Part shown: in pieces, positions 54,926-64,000 of the stretch
Layout of the letters: each line of letters starts with the position of its first letter
Numbering within the stretch: the first letter of the stretch is position 1
From: Nymphaea colorata
Taxonomy: Eukaryota
Assembly: GCF_008831285.2 (NCBI RefSeq)
Contig: NC_045138.2
Coordinates: forward strand, 33,666,001 to 33,730,000
Direction: 5' to 3'
DNA: 64,000 nt
Made by a program: the position numbers and the translations under genes
Notes under the pieces: generated by a model
Told to the model about the DNA's origin: nothing
What the model saw: the letters and a program-made list of their open reading frames with translations, nothing else
Databases searched by the model: none

Positions 54926-54937
54926 GCTCTGATACCA
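54926..54937 (-). other. Primer binding site for initiator tRNA-Met (TGGTATCAGAGC); second copy at 59083-59094
   Basis: gctctgatacca located 4 nt from the LTR end. Confidence 0.93.
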
Positions 54938-54941
54938 AAGT

Positions 54942-57529
54942 TGTCACGACCCAATTTTTGACACCAAAAATTTTCTTTCATTTCTATAATAGCGGAAGCA
55001 ATATTGAGTCATGACCAGAACATAAGACATTGTTTTATTTCAATAATAAAATACTTGGACCCAAACAAAAATAACCACAAATCCCCAAAACCGATGCAGT
55101 GTCCAGAATGCCAATGACCGTCCATCACAAGACTGAGGTCGTCGCTCCAAAGCCAAAATCTATCAATGACTACCTGTAGATAGAAAGAAGGGTCAGAATT
55201 CCTCTGAGTATGAGAAAATCCAGCCATGAATGAAACATGGCCCAAAATAATGTTTAGTTTCGTAAAACAATTCCAAAAAGACCTTATGAACTACAACCAT
55301 AGGTTTTCTGAAACTTAATACATATCACATCACCAAAGACAGAACGAGGTGTGCACAACCTCCAAAATTTCGTAGGCTTCCAACCGTGGTCCTCTGACAA
55401 TGTCAAGGTCATCGTGCCGAGCAACAGAAATCCCCGTGGGCACTCACGGGCAGAACATAACATCTCTTCACCAGGCGATCCAACGGATCGAGGGTACCTG
55501 AAGTGAAGCCTCCTGAGATATCCCAGATCGCCGCTGCAGCAGCATGGCCCCTCTAGGAACCCGGTTTGAGGGACCAGGAGATGTCTCTCTCCCAAAACAG
55601 CAGCAGTACCCCGGGCCCTTGTGCCGCCCAATACCCTGTGGGCCCTCCAGTACAGCCAGAGGAGCGTGCGTCAACAGTGAGCTCAGACGCACCACTACCT
55701 CCCGGGACGAAACCGATCACTGGGCAAAACAGAAAGCTCGCACTTGCATAAACCATTGCACAAAGTCCACGTTTCGCCTTCGAATTTCAAAAGTGAGGGT
55801 TTACCAATGCTAGACATCGTCTAGTACCTCTCACAGAAACCGCCCGCCCTCAGGCTCGGTTTCCCAAACAGAATAATTCAGCTATTTTAAATCTTAATTT
55901 AATAGCAATAGAGCAAAACTCATTGCATCTAGAAACATCGATTAACAATATCATAATCTTTTTTTGAAACAATAAAATTTATATTTAAATTCTCCAAAGC
56001 ATGGCTTTCCTCCTCTAATGGTTCCAAAGTTACTTTCAGAACTATATTTCTGAAATTTTAAACACCACAACGAGCATCAAAAAGTAATAAAACATATCAT
56101 TTCGTTTTTAATTTGTAACAACCCTCTTTTGGAAATTTCAAGAATCCGGAGGGTACCAAATCGCAACTTCATATTAAAATCTGGTTCTTATTGAAAATCA
56201 CTTTCGCAAGCCTCTTTTTGAAGAGGTTTTTTAGCAAAAATGATGCGGCATGAACATTTACAAATTTTAACAGCTTATCCATAAATTATTGCTAATTAGT
56301 GGACCCGTTTTGAAATTTTTCCAACTTAATATAAAAACTGCCGACTCTCTTTTTTTTCTCTCATTTCACGCCTCGTTTTCTCTCTCATACGAGCTGCTCC
56401 TCCGTCTTCTTCTCGCTCGACCAGCGGTGGGGATTCCACCGTTTCCAGCGACCCAACACCGGCACGAGGGAGATCTCCCCGTCTCGCGCCAGATCCAGCG
56501 TTAGGCTTCCTGCTGCGGCTCCGTCGACCGTCCGACGCTCTCATTCGCCGCCGCCTCATCCTCTCCTCTCGTTCTTCCAGCGGATCCACAGTGTGAAAAC
56601 CAGCCTCCCCAAAAACCGGTGCTTCAATGGCGTCTTCCTCAGTCTTCACCTTCGCTGCGACGGGGATGAACTGACAATCATAGAGAAACGACGGGAGGAC
56701 GCCTGCAACTTCAATGTCGTCGTCCTTGTTTTCCCCAACTTGCCTCTGCTACCACCATGAAGAGGCAACCCCCTTTTTTTGTTCTTTTCAGTCGGTCGAG
56801 TGCTCTTCAATAAAACCTACTGTATTTCCCTCAATATGAGATGTTGATTCTACACTTGCACGACAAGCAGGGCAGGCCTTGCCCTCTGTCGATGTCGTTC
56901 AGGGCTGCCCTCTCCTTTTTATTTTGCAATTGTGTTATTACGTTTTATCCCTGTATAACTATGTTTATCTCTCCGTTTTTCTTCTGTAGTTGGTTTGAGA
57001 GACATGCTCTGTTTTTGGGTTGATTGTAGTTCTGGTTTCTCACGGATGAAAGCACATAGAGGTTTCAAAGTTCAACCGATACCAACATGCCTTACACCTA
57101 GCATGCTTTGTTTCTTGAAAATCACAAGGAACTACAGGCATAAGCATACATAGACGTACATGTATATGTATCTACAAAATCAAAAGAAAGTACATGGCTT
57201 CATGCTATTCATCACTGAATATTCTCATACCTCTGAAAATCTTGGCAGCAACTTCTGCTTCTGGTTCCTTTCCAGCAGCCACGAACTTCAGTCTCAATCT
57301 CTCTCAATCTCTCTGTTGTTGGACGTGCCCTTCTAATGCTAAGTAAAACGATGATTTCCCCTTTGCATTTACATCATTATCCTTATCTTTTCCCAAAAAC
57401 ATCTCATTTATGATAAACTTGACAGTTGAGATGTTCATTATAAATCATTTGATCTTCCATTTGATAATTCATCCTCAAATTAACGTTCCAAATGTTTAAG
57501 GAAACTTAATAAAAATCGTGGGTCTTACA
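54942..57529 (-). repeat. LTR 2 (shared middle LTR, 2588 bp)
   Basis: Flanked by a PBS on one side and a PPT on the other. Confidence 0.95.
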
Positions 57530-57755
57530 TCCTTCCCCCCTAAAAAGAAATTTCGTCCTCGAAATTTGAGCATACTTTATTGAAACAATTGGGGATAACT
57601 CTTTCTCATGTCCTCTTCTAACTCCCACATACATTTTTTTGATTCTATGATGTTGTCATTCTATTTGAACTAATGAGATAGTCTTATTTCGCAACACGTG
57701 TTCCTTTCGATCTATTATCCGCAGTGGTTGTTCTTTTGTTATGTCTTCTTGCAAA

Positions 57756-58891
57756 TCAACTTCTTCGTAATCTATCACCTTCATTCACATCAGTGGATCT
57801 CAAATCTTCAACCGTGGTTGCGTAAACTCTCCCAGGTACCTTCTTCTCCGCTGGTTGGTTGGCTACACCTCGCCCCTGTTCTGCCTCTTTCTTCTTCGGG
57901 CACTCACGAATAAAATGTCCTCGCCTTCCACAATAGAGACATGCCCCGACCTCTCTGTAACATGGTTTGCCCGGGTGTTGGCGATGACATGTGGGACATT
58001 CATCGTCCTGCCTGGATGTTGATGGCCTCTGTCTCTTGAATCTATCCCTTGGTTCACCATGTCGCTGCGCATGTCTGGCCTCGACTTGGATCGCATAAAT
58101 TCACTCCTCTTGTTTGTCCCTTGCATCCTGTTCCAGCCCTCCTCAAGACGTGTGGCCATGTCGATAGCGTCGTCTAGATCTCTCGAACGACTACTAATTA
58201 CTTGGTTCTGCAACCCGTCTTTAAGTCCTCTGACGAACTTATTTGCTCGGTCCGCATCAGCAGTATACACATGGGGGCAATATTTTTCCAAATGTCTGAA
58301 TTTGACGATGTATTCGTGCAGACTCAGACTCCCTTGTTGAAGGTCCAGGAATTCTTGCATGCGTTTCTCCCGTGTGAAGGTTGGAATGTAGGCATGTGTG
58401 AAGGCTTCCTTGAATTCTCCCCAGGTCGCTTCGTGATTTGCGAACTTCACCTCACGTTGCGTCCGCCACCATTCCTTAGCATCTCCTTTTAGCATAAAGG
58501 TTCCATACCGAACCTTCTTGTTGTCAGGCACTTCCAGGGTGGTAAAGATCTCCTCTGTTTCATTTATCCATTCTTCGGCATCGTCCGCAGTGCCTTTCCC
58601 ATAAAACTTCGGAGGATGCAAACTCATAAACTGTTGGTGAGTTACTCCCCTTGCCTCACCATTTGTCGTTCCGTTTGTGTTTGTACTAGTTCCTCCTGTA
58701 GAAGCATTCTGCACCAGACCCTGCATCACTCCCGTCATCATATGCAATGTGTTCATGATGAACGCTTGTTGTTGTTGATTATTTCCAACACGTGTCCCAG
58801 CTCTGGTAGAACGAGTCTCCACATTTTGACTCCTAGTGCTGCGAGGTCCTCTGCCTCTGCCTCTAGCACTTCCTCCTCTAGTACGTGCCAT
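57756..58891 (-). pseudogene. gag: Second gag copy with a 1-nt frameshift upstream of the zinc knuckles
   Basis: CCC at 58046-58048 vs CCCC at 53888-53891; the ORF diverges after MVNQG. Could be a homopolymer sequencing error. Confidence 0.75.
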
Positions 58892-59098
58892 TGAACTACA
58901 CCACACGGAGGAACACAAAATATAACTATTGTATTCGTAAGTAAAACAATTCGTTAAAGCTACTCTAAAATTTTAAAACTCAATATTCACACTAAATCAA
59001 AAACACATTCGTTAACAGGCTTGGATGACCTTTCCTCTGCTTGTGATCGACCTTGGCATTGGACATTGACTCTAGACACTGTGCTCTGATACCAAAGT

Positions 59099-61686
59099 TG
59101 TCACGACCCAATTTTTGACACCAAAAATTTTCTTTCATTTCTATAATAGCGGAAGCAATATTGAGTCATGACCAGAACATAAGACATTGTTTTATTTCAA
59201 TAATAAAATACTTGGACCCAAACAAAAATAACCACAAATCCCCAAAACCGATGCAGTGTCCAGAATGCCAATGACCGTCCATCACAAGACTGAGGTCGTC
59301 GCTCCAAAGCCAAAATCTATCAATGACTACCTGTAGATAGAAAGAAGGGTCAGAATTCCTCTGAGTATGAGAAAATCCAGCCATGAATGAAACATGGCCC
59401 AAAATAATGTTTAGTTTCGTAAAACAATTCCAAAAAGACCTTATGAACTACAACCATAGGTTTTCTGAAACTTAATACATATCACATCACCAAAGACAGA
59501 ACGAGGTGTGCACAACCTCCAAAATTTCGTAGGCTTCCAACCGTGGTCCTCTGACAATGTCAAGGTCATCGTGCCGAGCAACAGAAATCCCCGTGGGCAC
59601 TCACGGGCAGAACATAACATCTCTTCACCAGGCGATCCAACGGATCGAGGGTACCTGAAGTGAAGCCTCCTGAGATATCCCAGATCGCCGCTGCAGCAGC
59701 ATGGCCCCTCTAGGAACCCGGTTTGAGGGACCAGGAGATGTCTCTCTCCCAAAACAGCAGCAGTACCCCGGGCCCTTGTGCCGCCCAATACCCTGTGGGC
59801 CCTCCAGTACAGCCAGAGGAGCGTGCGTCAACAGTGAGCTCAGACGCACCACTACCTCCCGGGACGAAACCGATCACTGGGCAAAACAGAAAGCTCGCAC
59901 TTGCATAAACCATTGCACAAAGTCCACGTTTCGCCTTCGAATTTCAAAAGTGAGGGTTTACCAATGCTAGACATCGTCTAGTACCTCTCACAGAAACCGC
60001 CCGCCCTCAGGCTCGGTTTCCCAAACAGAATAATTCAGCTATTTTAAATCTTAATTTAATAGCAATAGAGCAAAACTCATTGCATCTAGAAACATCGATT
60101 AACAATATCATAATCTTTTTTTGAAACAATAAAATTTATATTTAAATTCTCCAAAGCATGGCTTTCCTCCTCTAATGGTTCCAAAGTTACTTTCAGAACT
60201 ATATTTCTGAAATTTTAAACACCACAACGAGCATCAAAAAGTAATAAAACATATCATTTCGTTTTTAATTTGTAACAACCCTCTTTTGGAAATTTCAAGA
60301 ATCCGGAGGGTACCAAATCGCAACTTCATATTAAAATCTGGTTCTTATTGAAAATCACTTTCGCAAGCCTCTTTTTGAAGAGGTTTTTTAGCAAAAATGA
60401 TGCGGCATGAACATTTACAAATTTTAACAGCTTATCCATAAATTATTGCTAATTAGTGGACCCGTTTTGAAATTTTTCCAACTTAATATAAAAACTGCCG
60501 ACTCTCTTTTTTTTCTCTCATTTCACGCCTCGTTTTCTCTCTCATACGAGCTGCTCCTCCGTCTTCTTCTCGCTCGACCAGCGGTGGGGATTCCACCGTT
60601 TCCAGCGACCCAACACCGGCACGAGGGAGATCTCCCCGTCTCGCGCCAGATCCAGCGTTAGGCTTCCTGCTGCGGCTCCGTCGACCGTCCGACGCTCTCA
60701 TTCGCCGCCGCCTCATCCTCTCCTCTCGTTCTTCCAGCGGATCCACAGTGTGAAAACCAGCCTCCCCAAAAACCGGTGCTTCAATGGCGTCTTCCTCAGT
60801 CTTCACCTTCGCTGCGACGGGGATGAACTGACAATCATAGAGAAACGACGGGAGGACGCCTGCAACTTCAATGTCGTCGTCCTTGTTTTCCCCAACTTGC
60901 CTCTGCTACCACCATGAAGAGGCAACCCCCTTTTTTTGTTCTTTTCAGTCGGTCGAGTGCTCTTCAATAAAACCTACTGTATTTCCCTCAATATGAGATG
61001 TTGATTCTACACTTGCACGACAAGCAGGGCAGGCCTTGCCCTCTGTCGATGTCGTTCAGGGCTGCCCTCTCCTTTTTATTTTGCAATTGTGTTATTACGT
61101 TTTATCCCTGTATAACTATGTTTATCTCTCCGTTTTTCTTCTGTAGTTGGTTTGAGAGACATGCTCTGTTTTTGGGTTGATTGTAGTTCTGGTTTCTCAC
61201 GGATGAAAGCACATAGAGGTTTCAAAGTTCAACCGATACCAACATGCCTTACACCTAGCATGCTTTGTTTCTTGAAAATCACAAGGAACTACAGGCATAA
61301 GCATACATAGACGTACATGTATATGTATCTACAAAATCAAAAGAAAGTACATGGCTTCATGCTATTCATCACTGAATATTCTCATACCTCTGAAAATCTT
61401 GGCAGCAACTTCTGCTTCTGGTTCCTTTCCAGCAGCCACGAACTTCAGTCTCAATCTCTCTCAATCTCTCTGTTGTTGGACGTGCCCTTCTAATGCTAAG
61501 TAAAACGATGATTTCCCCTTTGCAGTTACATCATTATCCTTATCTTTTCCCAAAAACATCTCATTTATGATAAACTTGACAGTTGAGATGTTCATTATAA
61601 ATCATTTGATCTTCCATTTGATAATTCATCCTCAAATTAACGTTCCAAATGTTTAAGGAAACTTAATAAAAATCGTGGGTCTTACA
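59099..61686 (-). repeat. LTR 3 (5' LTR in element orientation, 2588 bp)
   Basis: Adjacent to the PBS; its outer end abuts the CAACA TSD. Confidence 0.95.
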
Positions 61687-62690
61687 CAACAAGCAAGCAT
61701 AGGAATGCAAGTCCTGTAGTTCTTTGAAGAAGTAGTCCAATATGGTTAAGTGGAAAATCAGAATACGATAGATTCTAAGTCAATCCTTTCTTTCCCTACT
61801 TACCATGTACCTTAAGCCCTTCATATCCATCCATCCATAGGACAATATTGTTCCTCAACTTTAACCTCCTTCAAACGTGAACCTGTCTCACAGGTGTATG
61901 AAGCTACCTGTTCAATTTATGCTTGCTGCTATTTCACAATCCTGATAAGGTTATCTTTAATGATAACCAGCTTTTCTTCGTTCATGTGACTGATAGCATG
62001 TTAAAGAGTACTGTTCCTTTCTGAAAATAGTAGCTGCTTTCGATCAATTGTTTTTTCTATCAGCTTTAACATTAAGCAAGTTAAGATTGCAGTCAGTTCA
62101 ATCTTCAAGATATCTTCTAAGCCAGCATGTCCGTTGCTTGTTGTTGGCAGCCAGGAAAAAACTCATGACGGTGCCATCTACAAAAATCCTGAAGGATTTC
62201 ATTCAGCACAATAGATTCAGCCTAATTCTTTCCGTGCGCAAAAAACCTGATGTTTCCATCCCCAAAGATTCACTACTCTCCTCGAGTTCTTGCTGCTGGT
62301 GACGAGCTGAATGCTGAGATCTTTTGTCTGGACCGATGGCCACACCACAACGAGCCCTGAATTGAGCCACATTTCAAGCTCCCGACGGTCTCTTGTGTCT
62401 TTGCTGAATTCTAAGATGGAAGCACATACAGACATGCACACGCACTGATGGTAATGGTACCCAGCCAATAAATACATCTTTTTTCATTTATTTCCGTAAG
62501 AGTGTATCCATGCCTATGGCATTGCAGGACCCTCTAATCCAAGGATTAGATTCTTAGAATTAAACTCTCAAGGTGGCTTCTGTCACAAGAACTAATTTGT
62601 GGACATGGAACCATATCTCATTCCACTACTGTGTTCAACTTATGAAAGTGGGATTCTAATTCCAGATTCAACTTGTCGACAATCAAGAAG

Positions 62691-62694
<4 letters not shown>

Positions 62695-62733
<39 letters not shown>
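62695..62733. repeat. (CT)n microsatellite, longer than its paralog at ~34629-34644
   Basis: Read directly. Other SSRs: (GA)n at ~9006, ~20892 and ~49576; (AT)n at ~37729 and ~40715; poly-T at 29188-29220. Confidence 0.9.
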
Positions 62734-62740
<7 letters not shown>

Positions 62741-64000
62741 GAATAGATATCATGATCATTCACTACGGCACTCAATTTCCATTTCTTCCTAAAACCAAAA
62801 ACTTTATCGTGTTTCTGACGGTTCCCAATAGAAGTGAATCGTAAAAGGTTCATTATTGACTCCATGCTTTGTTCAATTTGAGGAACCACACCAAGTGGGC
62901 AGCTTCAGTTTGATAAAACTCGTTAATCATCTTCTAACTCACATTCAGGATGAACGATCACGCCTCTGGCAATTACTGCCTTTCCCTGACTGCAATAGTA
63001 CTGCCACACCAGATATGCTCCCTTGAATGCAATGTCTTCAGATTCACAGAAACTGGCAACAGGTTGCAGTAAGGCCAAATCTCTAGCTATGGTCTAGTTA
63101 AGCAAATCACCAAATATGTAAGGGAGTGCTAAAAGAAAAACAGTTTACGAAACGTGAATCGTAATGACAACTAATGATGCACACCGAACAAGGACTATGA
63201 ATATCACTCGAACAGGATACAGATGCCAAGATAAATTGAAGGGGCGGAGCCCGATATTTTTTTTTTCCATGGGGCATTGAGCATATAGTTAACAAAGTTA
63301 TGAGGCAGTGACCTAGGTCCTGCGGGGCTGTTCTTCATTAACTAGACCCAAATCCACCAAAGTTCAACCATTAATTTAAACTTTCATAGAATGCGCTCTG
63401 TGGGACATACGCCTCACGGAGCCCCCACTTAGTATAATTAAACCAAGATGCAGAAAACCAAATTTAATTATGAAAATTTAGCTTCATTAACCACCTATAT
63501 GCAGAAGTAAACGTAAACCAGAAGAAATATTCACCAGAACCAATTCTTAAAGGTAAACCAGTAAGGAAATTGGAAGAACAAAAAACTGCAGTCACCATTG
63601 CTGTCACCCCAAGAAGCGATGGTAACCAGAACTGATGCGGTAGTTCTATCCTTTCCGATGGTGACAAAAGAAAAGGAGAAGGCACAGACTGATCTTTCTA
63701 AGATGTTGCTAAGGTTAAGTATCAATGACAAAGCTGTTGAGGGAATACCACTTGATCAATGTGATAATGTGATGTCAGTGTGGCTGAAAATTCATCAGTC
63801 CGTAGTTCTACAAGGAGAAAGCACCCCTAGGGCGTAAAAATGTGTTGTGAAAGAAATACTTCAAAAGGAAAAGTGATCCTTGAGCTCACCGAGATCACCA
63901 AACCATAGATTCGATGTGATTGACAACCTGCCACTTCTAAAGGATAGAGAGTTTGAAGAAGATTACTGTAACAGATCAAGGAAATGTGATTTAAACGAAG

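Larger units (their letters stand above)
50786..61686 (-). mobile_element. Three-LTR tandem array of a non-autonomous gag-only Ty3/gypsy chromovirus (Tekay/Del-like; TR-GAG-type architecture)
   Basis: LTR-int-LTR-int-LTR with a period of ~4157 bp and TG...CA LTR ends. CAACA TSD at 50781-50785 and 61687-61691. Each internal region has a PBS, gag, a chromodomain remnant and a PPT. Confidence 0.96.
50377..64000 (+). repeat. Local segmental duplication, copy B, interrupted by the LTR array and running off the window end
   Basis: 50377-50785 matches ~32901-33321 and 61687-64000 matches ~33317-35960. Confidence 0.92.

Overview
Plant (angiosperm) nuclear DNA. Five spliced + strand genes could be modelled by hand with GT-AG introns: a WDR25-like WD40 protein (821-4467), a group II GH3 IAA-amido synthetase (18160-20665), a DUF538 protein (28003-29176) and two tandem 7-exon amino acid permeases (38965-42532 intact; 44762-48337 with one TAG nonsense codon). 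The most striking feature is a very young 10.9-kb Ty3/gypsy chromovirus-type (Tekay/Del-like) array at 50786-61686 on the - strand. It has three ~2.59-kb LTRs and two 1569-bp internal regions that carry only gag joined directly to a chromodomain remnant, with no PR/RT/RH/INT. A single CAACA target-site duplication bounds the whole array, and the middle LTR looks recombinant. The array sits in a local duplication (32901-35960 vs 50377-64000) whose other copy preserves the empty site and carries its own 396-bp solo LTR. The window also holds an older internally deleted copia element (~5297-7967), hAT-type MITEs with perfect 8-bp TSDs, and tandem repeats. All calls come from manual reading; no database searches were run.
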